The notes beneath the pieces were generated by a model. That model saw only the letters and a program-made list of their open reading frames with translations. It made no database searches and was not told where the DNA came from. Below are positions 30,236 through 37,725 of a stretch of 64,000 nucleotides of DNA, in pieces; position 1 is the stretch's first letter; every line of letters begins with the position of its first letter. The position numbers and the translations under genes are program-made. The DNA is from a virus (Duplodnaviria; Heunggongvirae; Uroviricota; Caudoviricetes), in the IMG/VR virus record IMGVR_UViG_3300032167_005013; one strand, written 5' to 3'.

Positions 30236-31078
30236 ATGAAAATTGATATAAGTACTTATGAAAAACAAGTAGAGGTTTATGCTCTTTTCGATAGTTTTAA
30301 AAAAATTGGAGACATATATGATTATTATGGATTATCTGATAATGCAATTAATTCAAAAAAAATAAAAAAAATTGCAGAAGAAATCAATTTTGATTTAGAT
30401 ATCTATAAAGAAAGAAGACACCCAAAACATTATTGTTTAGAATGTGGGAAAGAGTTAAAAAGAGGACAAAAAAAATTTTGTAGTAATTCATGCTCAACAA
30501 CTTACAATAACAAATTAAATGGTCCTAAAAGTGAAGAAACAAGAAAAAAAATTAGCGAAACATTAAAAAATAAAACTTCGAAAGACAAAAAGATAACTTA
30601 TTGCGAAGTTTGCGGAAAAGAAATAAATGGAAACAAAAAGTTTTGTTCAATAGAATGTAGAAAAACAAAATATAAAAAACACTTTATTGAAATTACATGT
30701 GAAGAATGTGGTAAGAGTTTTGAAGGTTTAACTGGGAGAAAATTTTGTTCAATTAAATGTGCAAATGAACATTTTAAAAAGAAACGTATCGAACAATTTA
30801 TTAATGGAGAATATGCCAACAATGGTAATTTAACCCTCCCTAAAAATATAAGAGAGTTTTTATTCGAAAAAAATGATTATAAATGTGAATTATGTGGATA
30901 TGAAGGGTATAATGTAAGAACAGGAAATACAATACTTCAAATTCATCATATAGATGGAAACTCTAAAAATAATAAAATAGAAAATTTACAAGTGATTTGC
31001 CCTAATTGTCATGCTAAAACAGAAAATTATATGGCTTTAAATAAAGGTAAATCGGGAAGAGATAAGAGATATAAATAA
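30236..31078 (+). CDS. HNH endonuclease with three CxxC..KFCS Zn-finger repeats
   Basis: CELCG..LQIHHIDGNSKNNKIENLQVICPNCH. Confidence 0.85.
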   Translation: MKIDISTYEKQVEVYALFDSFKKIGDIYDYYGLSDNAINSKKIKKIAEEINFDLDIYKERRHPKHYCLECGKELKRGQKKFCSNSCSTTYNNKLNGPKSEETRKKISETLKNKTSKDKKITYCEVCGKEINGNKKFCSIECRKTKYKKHFIEITCEECGKSFEGLTGRKFCSIKCANEHFKKKRIEQFINGEYANNGNLTLPKNIREFLFEKNDYKCELCGYEGYNVRTGNTILQIHHIDGNSKNNKIENLQVICPNCHAKTENYMALNKGKSGRDKRYK

Positions 31079-31117
31079 GTACTCAATTGAGTACCCTATT
31101 ATAATGAATATTATTAT

Positions 31118-31513
31118 ATGAGGAACGTAGATATTTCAACACTTAAAGATAAAGTTATTAAAGAAATCAGAGGTCTTGAACCCGGTAGTGAAGAAATCAC
31201 ATTCATCACTACAGATGGATACAAATATATAATGTTTCATAGCCAAGACTGCTGTGAATCGGTTTCAGTTGACGACGTTGTTGGTGATGTTGAATGCCTA
31301 CTGAATACACCTATTCAAATTGCAGAGGAAAGAGTATCTTCAGATGAGCCACCTTCGGTATCTAAATGGGTAGATTTTTCATATACTTGGACTTTCTATA
31401 CACTTGCTACAGTGAAAGGATATGTGGATATCAAATGGTTTGGCACATCCAATGGATACTATAGTGAAAGTGTAGATTTCCTTGAATTGGAACCTCAATG
31501 CTTTTATAATTAA
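31118..31513 (+). CDS. conserved phage protein (HxQDCCE..WTFY..SNGYYSE)
   Basis: Recognisable phage motif set. Confidence 0.75.
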   Translation: MRNVDISTLKDKVIKEIRGLEPGSEEITFITTDGYKYIMFHSQDCCESVSVDDVVGDVECLLNTPIQIAEERVSSDEPPSVSKWVDFSYTWTFYTLATVKGYVDIKWFGTSNGYYSESVDFLELEPQCFYN

Positions 31514-31567
31514 TTTTTGGTTATATAATATATTTTCATTATATTTGCAATGACATAAAACGGTTTA

Positions 31568-31650
31568 ACCTTGGTAACGCTCAGGGACATTATATTAGAG
31601 CTATAAGCTTTCTAAACTTATGGACAGTGGTTGAAATCCACTCTGAGGTC
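31568..31650 (+). tRNA. degenerate tRNA, probably Arg(TCT)
   Basis: accttgg/ctgaggt, enlarged D loop, taagc-ttTCTaa-actta, agtgg-TTGAAAT-ccact. Confidence 0.45.
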
Positions 31651-31673
31651 AATGACCGTAAAAAATACTGCTG

Positions 31674-31731
31674 AGAAAACGTACAGCAAATTATTAGCAA
31701 TGGACTTTTAATCTATCAGGCTTGTTTTCTG
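31674..31731 (+). ncRNA. stem-YACAGCAA RNA, copy A (contains a Lys-like anticodon hairpin)
   Basis: agaaaacg-TACAGCAA...atgga-cttttaa-tctat...tgttttct-g. Confidence 0.55.
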
Positions 31732-31772
31732 ACACAAAGCAGTTAAAATATGACTCAACCTGGCAAGGTTTA

Positions 31773-31829
31773 AGGAAACACACAGCAAAATTATGTTTAT
31801 TAATTATGATGCAATTAAACTGTTTCCTG
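31773..31829 (+). ncRNA. stem-YACAGCAA RNA, copy B
   Basis: aggaaaca-CACAGCAA...tgtttcct-g. Confidence 0.55.
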
Positions 31830-31862
31830 TTAATATAAGTACTCTTTTGAGTACACTATTAC

Positions 31863-31937
31863 GGGCCTGTAATTCAAAGGTTAGAATGCACGACTCATAA
31901 TCCTGTCATCCTTGTTCGAGTCAAGGCGGGCCCACCA
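31863..31937 (+). tRNA. tRNA(CAT), Ile2 or Met
   Basis: gggcctg/cgggccc, ctCATaa loop, TTCGAGT, CCA. Confidence 0.85.
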
Positions 31938-32150
31938 ATAGAAGTGTTCTTTTTCATATTTGTCTTATATTCGTGCTCCCTTGAGGCACCATCTATAATG
32001 AGGAGAATGGTTGGGGTGATGGTATTCCCGCGAACCATAGGTGAGGAGACTAACGTATTTCCCTGCGGATAACAGATGCTGCAGGTCCTCATGAGACCTA
32101 CCTTAACAATTGTGATGGAACCCCCATCCTACTGAAATGGTCTCACTAAT

Positions 32151-32225
32151 GCGAGTGTAGCTCAGTTGGCAGAGCGTCAGTTTCCCAAACTGAAGGTTTC
32201 GCGGGTTCGAGTCCCGTCTCTCGCT
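32151..32225 (+). tRNA. tRNA-Gly(CCC)
   Basis: tcagt-ttCCCaa-actga; U discriminator. Confidence 0.9.
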
Positions 32226-32233
32226 CAAATAAC

Positions 32234-32318
32234 GGCGACATGGTGTAATGGTAGCCACGCAGGATTTAAGTCCCTGTGGCCCGAAGGGGCCGTGTCGGTT
32301 CGAGTCCGACTGTCGCTA
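32234..32318 (+). tRNA. tRNA-Leu(TAA)
   Basis: ttTAAgt loop, long variable arm. Confidence 0.85.
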
Positions 32319-32424
32319 CAAAAAATTACTTAATATAGGTACTCTTTTGAGTACATTATTATAACTTTTTATTTTAACGTACTATTTATTATTACAAATA
32401 AATTAAACTACATTAATAAAAAAT

Positions 32425-32514
32425 ATGAGAAATCTCCAACATACAAATTATTCGTATCCCAAATCTCTCAATTTTGGGCTCGATTATCGTATAGTGGAGG
32501 ATTTAGACGAATAG
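32425..32514 (+). CDS. putative leader peptide (29 aa)
   Basis: MRNLQHTNYSYPKSLNFGLDYRIVEDLDE followed by a terminator with competing pairing. Confidence 0.4.
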   Translation: MRNLQHTNYSYPKSLNFGLDYRIVEDLDE

Positions 32515-32549
32515 TAAATTTTTAGATTTATACTCATATTCATGATGCT

Positions 32550-32586
32550 ATCCTCCGGTTTAATAAAAAACTTGGAGGATTTTTTA
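32550..32586 (+). terminator. intrinsic terminator / attenuator
   Basis: atcctcc...ggaggat followed by a T run. Confidence 0.65.
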
Positions 32587-32628
32587 TTTTGGCACGGTAT
32601 TTGTATATATGTATTTTGAAAATATATA

Positions 32629-32701
32629 GAGGATGTAGTTCAGTTGGTAGAATATCACATTGTGGCTGTGAGGGCCATGGGTTCAAATCCCATCATTCTC
32701 C
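32629..32701 (+). tRNA. tRNA-His(GTG)
   Basis: tcaca-ttGTGgc-tgtga; preceded by a sigma54-like box at 32588. Confidence 0.9.
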
Positions 32702-32716
32702 CAAATTAAAATAAAT

Positions 32717-32811
32717 GGAGGCGTACCCAAGTGCTTGAAGGGGACGGACTTGAAATCCGTTAGGACGGTAACCACTCCGTCGCGTGGGTTGGAATCCCAC
32801 CGCCTCCTCCA
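32717..32811 (+). tRNA. tRNA-Ser(TGA)
   Basis: acgga-ctTGAaa-tccgt, long variable arm, CCA. Confidence 0.9.
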
Positions 32812-32846
32812 ATACAGTTGTAAGTAATCTGCGAAACTTTCAAAAA

Positions 32847-32928
32847 CGGAATGTGATGGAACTGGTAGACATGCGACACTTAGGATGTCGTGCCTCCGTG
32901 CGTAAGGGTTCGAGTCCCTTCATTCCGA
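32847..32928 (+). tRNA. tRNA-Leu(TAG)
   Basis: cgaca-ctTAGga-tgtcg. Confidence 0.9.
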
Positions 32929-32934
32929 CAATAT

Positions 32935-33010
32935 ATGGTAATAGCTCAGTTGACAGAGCGCTTGGTTTGGGACCAAGAGGCCGCAGGTTTGAGCCCTGCT
33001 TACCATACCA
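32935..33010 (+). tRNA. tRNA-Pro(TGG)
   Basis: cttgg-ttTGGga-ccaag, CCA. Confidence 0.9.
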
Positions 33011-33014
33011 AAAT

Positions 33015-33090
33015 GAGGTTGTAGCTCAGGTGGTAGAGCGGGAGCCTGAAGAGCTCCGCGTCGGTGGTTCAACTCCATCCAACCTCACCA
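33015..33090 (+). tRNA. tRNA-Phe(GAA)
   Basis: ggagc-ctGAAga-gctcc, CCA. Confidence 0.92.
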
Positions 33091-33165
33091 AAATAAAAAT
33101 ATTTTTGGTATTGTTAAAAACAATCACTATATTTGCAAATGAAAAGAAAACGGTAAACAAAATAT

Positions 33166-33241
33166 TCCCAAGTAGCTCAGTAGGTTTTAGAGCAACGGTC
33201 TGTTAAACCGTGGGTCGGTGGTTCGAATCCACCCTTGGGAG
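33166..33241 (+). tRNA. tRNA-Asn(GTT)
   Basis: acggt-ctGTTaa-accgt; G discriminator. Confidence 0.92.
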
Positions 33242-33310
33242 CGAGAAGAGGTTTTTCTTATTTTAGACTTCTGGTACAAAAAGAAAATAAGATGGTGCTC
33301 CAAGCAATAT

Positions 33311-33393
33311 GCCGAAATGGGACAGTGGTTGACTCCACCTGATTTGTAATCAGGCTCCGCAAGGACTCGTCAGTTCGAATCTGACTTTCGGCT
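33311..33393 (+). tRNA. tRNA-Thr(TGT) with a long variable arm
   Basis: cctga-ttTGTaa-tcagg; G1-C72/C2-G71; variable hairpin tcc-gcaa-gga. Confidence 0.8.
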
Positions 33394-33565
33394 CAAAAAC
33401 AAAACCTCAAGTTGGGGTGCCTCATAACATAGTCGTTCAAAATGGAGAACGGCCAAAGGGCAAGAATATAGATAGAGAGGCCTCACGTTCAAGCGGATAA
33501 GGCGTTTAACTTATCAACCTCTCACAAACGTGACTACGGAAATCGTTTGGGTTTTGTTTTATATT

Positions 33566-33727
33566 GGGTCAGCGCCGCAGTTGGAGAGGCGGGACAGACT
33601 GTAATAACAGAGTAAACTGTCACAAATCGCTGGTTGGAAATTGGTAGGAAGTATCGAGGTATCGTACACCTCTCCAATCACAATCTGTTGTCGTAAGGCT
33701 GAGTAGGTTCGATTCCTACCTGACCCA
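33566..33727 (+). tRNA. tRNA-Tyr(GTA) with a 78-nt anticodon-loop intron (~33605-33682)
   Basis: Removing the insert gives acaga-ctGTAaa-tctgt; acceptor gggtcag/ctgaccc; T arm intact. Confidence 0.85.
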
Positions 33728-33801
33728 CTATAAAATTAATAATGTAAAATATAGTATTTTTTAGTTCGATATACTATTTATATATAGAAAAACTAAAAAA
33801 T

Positions 33802-34587
33802 ATGATTACAAATGAAAGAAAAATATTTTACATAAATTTAATTAAAGATTCTTTTTCTTTACGAGAAGTTTGTTTAAAAGCGGGAATAGTTGTTACTACA
33901 GGCAATTATGATACTTTAAAAAGACTAATTAAAGAGGAGAATATTGATATAAGTCATTTTAAAAGACAAAATGTAAATAATCAAACTCATCATGAAATTG
34001 ATTATTTTTTACAAAAAGGAAGTAACATTGGGTCGTTTAGATTAAAAAATAAACTTTTTGATAATGGTTTAAAAGAACGTAAATGCGAATGTTGTGGAGG
34101 AACGGAATGGATGGGTAAACCTATTAATCTTCAACTACACCATATTAATGGAGATAATAAAGATAATAGATTGGAGAATCTTCAAATACTTTGCCCAAAT
34201 TGCCATTCTTATACAGAGAATTACTGCGGGAAAAACCAAAAAATCAATATAAAAGAAAAAGAAAGAATAATAAAAAAACGGACATATATAGATGTAAAAC
34301 TTTTACAAGAATGTTTAAATGAAACAAATGATTTAAATATTATTGGTGAAAAACTTAATAGAACACCAAAAACAATTAAAAAATATATAAAACAATATAA
34401 TTTAAAAATAGAAACAAAAGAAAAAAAACCAAAATATGATGTTAATTTAATGTTTCAATTAATGAAAAAATATAAAAATTATACCAAGGTTGGTGAAAAA
34501 ATGGGGATTAGTGATAATGCTGTGAAAAAACGTTTTATCAAACTTGGTTATCCATCTAATATTAAAGATTTATTAAATTCAATATAA
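33802..34587 (+). CDS. HNH endonuclease with C-terminal HTH-like repeats
   Basis: CECCG..LQLHHINGDNKDNRLENLQILCPNCH. Confidence 0.85.
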   Translation: MITNERKIFYINLIKDSFSLREVCLKAGIVVTTGNYDTLKRLIKEENIDISHFKRQNVNNQTHHEIDYFLQKGSNIGSFRLKNKLFDNGLKERKCECCGGTEWMGKPINLQLHHINGDNKDNRLENLQILCPNCHSYTENYCGKNQKINIKEKERIIKKRTYIDVKLLQECLNETNDLNIIGEKLNRTPKTIKKYIKQYNLKIETKEKKPKYDVNLMFQLMKKYKNYTKVGEKMGISDNAVKKRFIKLGYPSNIKDLLNSI

Positions 34588-34598
34588 TATATGGATTC

Positions 34599-34672
34599 GC
34601 TCTCAAAGCATTAAAGTGATGCACGAAACTTTTAATTTCGGGAAGAAGGGGCGGTACCTTCTGGGAGCACCA
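34599..34672 (+). tRNA. tRNA-Lys(TTT)
   Basis: cgaaa-ctTTTaa-tttcg, CCA; atypical T loop GGCGGTA. Confidence 0.85.
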
Positions 34673-34824
34673 AATTTTTAACATAAAAAGCATATCTAAT
34701 AGGAAAAATTGCCTCCTTAAGATATGAAACCATATACGGAAGTTGCGTTTGGCAGACAATAGGACCAACAACCTATCCAAAGTACACGGATACGGAAAGA
34801 CATTATGGAATGTTAAATAAATAT

Positions 34825-34907
34825 AGGAATGTAACTCAGTTGATAGAGGCTTCGCTGAGATAATATCAAAGGCCAAGAGGACGGTGGTTTGAGCCCATCC
34901 ATTCCTA
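34825..34907 (+). ncRNA. tRNA-like RNA with an expanded (18-nt) anticodon loop
   Basis: aggaatg/cattcct acceptor; D and T arms present. Confidence 0.55.
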
Positions 34908-34915
34908 CAAATTAT

Positions 34916-35047
34916 GTTAGTTTATTGCAGTATATTGGAGACTGCAGCGAATGTTATTTCGTCTTCGTTTGAGCAACAGACCGTTAGGGTGCACACAATG
35001 ACAACGGTGTTGCGAGAAGTATGGAGGTTCAATTCCTTCAACTATCA
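34916..35047 (+). ncRNA. tRNA-like RNA with a ~70-nt central expansion
   Basis: gttagtt/aactatc, tgcagt..actgca D-like arm, ggagg-TTCAATT-ccttc T arm. Confidence 0.45.
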
Positions 35048-35056
35048 CTAAGGTAT

Positions 35057-35203
35057 TGTGGCGTGGTGTAACGGTAGCACTAAGGATTTTTTAAGGCGTG
35101 GTTTCCGTAATAAACTATTGGTACGGGTCTTATGAAGTTAAGTAGAGCAAAACTACCCTGTATCGCGGTTCCTTCAGTCAGAGTTCGAATCTCTGCGCCA
35201 CAA
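35057..35203 (+). tRNA. tRNA-Gln(TTG) with a 76-nt insertion inside the anticodon (35091-35166)
   Basis: Removing the insert gives aagga-ttTTGgt-tcctt; tgtggcg/cgccaca acceptor and Gln-type D arm. Confidence 0.8.
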
Positions 35204-35338
35204 CTAAAATGAAATAAATTTGATAATATCAATATTTATATACTATATTTGCAACATAAAGGGATGGCTATATATGATGAATGATAGGAATAGCCTACAA
35301 CATATATGACACCTCCCTATTTTTAAAAAGAAAAATTA

Positions 35339-35421
35339 AGGAAACATACAGCAAAGTTTTTGGATAATAAAATTAATTAGACTTTAGTTTTTAGATAGTT
35401 CAATTCTGTCACTGTTTTCTG
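35339..35421 (+). ncRNA. stem-YACAGCAA RNA, copy C (contains a T-arm-like hairpin)
   Basis: aggaaaca-TACAGCAA...gatag-TTCAATT-ctgtc..tgttttct-g. Confidence 0.55.
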
Positions 35422-35477
35422 TCTTAATATAACCGTGGTTGCAGTCAAATCGGGATATAAATAGCGACTGCATATAT

Positions 35478-35550
35478 TGCGGCGTGTAGCAGTGGTAGCT
35501 AAGCGGTCTCATAAGCCGACGGTCGGTGGTTCGAATCCTCCCGCTCGCAA
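35478..35550 (+). tRNA. tRNA-Met(CAT), initiator-like but irregular
   Basis: ctCATaa loop, TTCGAAT T loop, bulged acceptor stem. Confidence 0.75.
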
Positions 35551-35820
35551 CGAGTCTACTCACAGAGATGTACTCTTGGTTGGTCGCACTACCGTAAATG
35601 CGATACAATTGATGTTGAACAATGGTCTTGGAATAACCTGCAGCAAGTACAAGGCAACAACACTGGTAGTTAACGTGACATTAGCCGGTGAAGAGTATAT
35701 TTCAACATTTGTTGAATATTTTAATTTTTATTTATATTAACATTCAGTATCAGGACGGGTGTGAACCTCTCCTGATATTTTTTTCTATACACTATGGCAC
35801 GATTTTTGCTATCTCTATTA

Positions 35821-35864
35821 TTCGAAAATACTTTTCTCATTATTCGAAAATACTTTTCTCATTA
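35821..35864. repeat. 22-bp tandem duplication (ttcgaaaatacttttctcatta x2)
   Basis: Seen directly. Confidence 0.85.
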
Positions 35865-36242
35865 TGATTGTTTAACCTTCATATATTATAGTGGCAGTAA
35901 GCAGAAAAACGGTTTCTTAATACTGAAGTATAGTCTCCATTGTACCTATTTATCACCATTTAGAATTATTCTAATTAACAATCTATAAGCAAAAACATAT
36001 AAATAAATTATAATTTAGCACAACATTACATGGAGAAAAAATAAAAATTGTAAGCAAAATACTCGATAATGCTTACAATTTATTAAAAATGCGTATGTAA
36101 TATAGTGTATATTTCTATATGTGTGGAAAAATTAAAAAAATTTTGAAAAAATCCGGGGAAAATTATTACAAAGAACAGTTTCTTTTGTTATTTTCAATCA
36201 ACTTCCACAAACGGATAATTCGTTAAAATCTTAGTAAGATAA

Positions 36243-37280
36243 TTAATATGTTATAAGTTTCTCTACTTGTTCTATTGTAAGGTTTATCAAAATATTATAA
36301 ACATGTTCTTCCATTTTTCCACGATATTCTTCAGTTCTTTTAACGATTTGTTTTCTTTTACAATCAAGGTAAACTTTATAAGCTTCTTCTTCAGTATCAA
36401 ATTCATTTTTTTTACCTTCTAAAAAAGAGTCAATAAAATTTCTTTCCACATTCAACTTCCATTTACCTGTTTCTGAGTTATAAGTTGTTCCTGTATAGTA
36501 CCCGTTTTTAAGTTGTTGTTTTGGCCTTCTTGCAAAGATAATTCCAATCCTATTAGGAATAAACACAATATTATCAACAGTATAATTATTAATATTGTCA
36601 TCAAGATTTAAGATTAAATCATTAACAACCAAGATTTCATTGTAGGTATCTTGTGCTTTTTGATATTTTTCACAAAAGTCTTCTTGTTTTATATCAAATG
36701 TTTTATTTTTCAAATAGGCATAATTATTAAGGTTAGATTTAGCCCTGCTCATATATGATTTATAAGCGTTTTTTGCTGCTTTGTTATATTTGCCATTGAT
36801 TTTTGTTGTTTTTATTGGGGTCATTGTATTATACCCTTCTTGTAATGTTTTAAACACATCACAATAAAATGCTTCTCGTTCATCAAGAAGTTCTATAGGA
36901 CATATCTCCATTATATTATAATTCCATTTCCATGGGTCAACGTCCTTTCTTGCTTTTTCAATTTTACTTCCCGCATATGGATTATTTCCGAGAAATTGTT
37001 TGTATCTATTTCTCAAATTCTCGGTTTTTCCTATATATTTTTTATAATCATCTTCGGGGTTCACAAGCATGTATATTCCTGATGTCTCAGGTATTGTATT
37101 AATGATAGATTCTTTATAAGACTTGATACTACTTTCATTTATGATGTTTTTCTTTTTCTTCAACTCATTTTTCAATACTTTATTTTCTTCAGCATAAATC
37201 AAATTTTCATGTATTAATGCATTTTCTTTATCAGAAAATTCAGTACCATCTATAGTTTTATATTTTAAAATTATTTCCAT
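36243..37280 (-). CDS. GIY-YIG homing endonuclease
   Basis: SGIYMLVN..KYIGKTENLRNRYKQF..E..GYN; start reassigned to MEIILKYK. Confidence 0.8.
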   Translation of the reverse strand: MEIILKYKTIDGTEFSDKENALIHENLIYAEENKVLKNELKKKKNIINESSIKSYKESIINTIPETSGIYMLVNPEDDYKKYIGKTENLRNRYKQFLGNNPYAGSKIEKARKDVDPWKWNYNIMEICPIELLDEREAFYCDVFKTLQEGYNTMTPIKTTKINGKYNKAAKNAYKSYMSRAKSNLNNYAYLKNKTFDIKQEDFCEKYQKAQDTYNEILVVNDLILNLDDNINNYTVDNIVFIPNRIGIIFARRPKQQLKNGYYTGTTYNSETGKWKLNVERNFIDSFLEGKKNEFDTEEEAYKVYLDCKRKQIVKRTEEYRGKMEEHVYNILINLTIEQVEKLITY

Positions 37281-37287
37281 AAAAATA

Positions 37288-37722
37288 TTATATATCGAAG
37301 TATCTATACAGGAGTTCACATGTGAAGTCTCTATCGAAATTATTATCTTCGACAAGGTCATTTAGTTTCTCCACGGCCTTATAGATTTTGTTTATTCTTT
37401 TATCGGCATCGCATCCTTTAACCATCCAATTAAATTCTTCTATGAATTCATCAACATCCTTTTCTTCTTCAATTACGAAATCAGGTAAAATGAATTCGTC
37501 GTTATATGCTGATGTTGGTCCATCAACCGTTTCAACGTTGTTAAGTCCTCCTGTTATGGTAAAGGTATTGGGGTTTTCGTCAAAGCATTCAATGAAAAAC
37601 GTCATTGATTTATGATAGACATAGAAGAAATCGTCCATACCTTCAAAGTTATATTTATATAATTTCTTCAGTTTATCTTCCAATTGGAGATATAGTGGGT
37701 TTGTTTTAAAATCTGTTGTCAT
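37288..37722 (-). CDS. hypothetical protein
   Basis: 144 aa ORF. Confidence 0.65.
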   Translation of the reverse strand: MTTDFKTNPLYLQLEDKLKKLYKYNFEGMDDFFYVYHKSMTFFIECFDENPNTFTITGGLNNVETVDGPTSAYNDEFILPDFVIEEEKDVDEFIEEFNWMVKGCDADKRINKIYKAVEKLNDLVEDNNFDRDFTCELLYRYFDI

Positions 37723-37725
37723 AGA

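Larger units (their letters stand above)
6063..32354. repeat. Dispersed 16-bp palindrome GTACTC-N4-GAGTAC (~14 copies)
   Basis: Starts at 6063, 6527, 10702, 11480 (1 mismatch, inside a CDS), 15106, 16117, 18751, 23580, 24828, 28090, 28864, 31079, 31839, 32339. Confidence 0.9.

Noticed and set aside
31568-31650. Amber suppressor (CTA) reading of the degenerate tRNA
   Set aside because: Centring the loop on the stem gives TCT; CTA needs an asymmetric loop.
4432-32354. CRISPR array or integron attC interpretation of the recurring motifs
   Set aside because: Repeats are degenerate and separated by whole genes. There are no constant-length spacers, cas genes, integrase or attC R/L box structure.
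32784-33206. 140-aa ORF (also 31895-32092, 34562-34876, 35477-35740)
   Set aside because: These overlap clear tRNA genes and are shadow ORFs.
33311-33393. tRNA-Tyr call from GTA in the loop and the long arm
   Set aside because: The 7-nt loop tttgtaa places TGT at positions 34-36.
33605-35166. Group I intron or hammerhead assignment of the two tRNA inserts
   Set aside because: Only 76-78 nt; no recognisable group I core and no CUGANGA/GAAA core.
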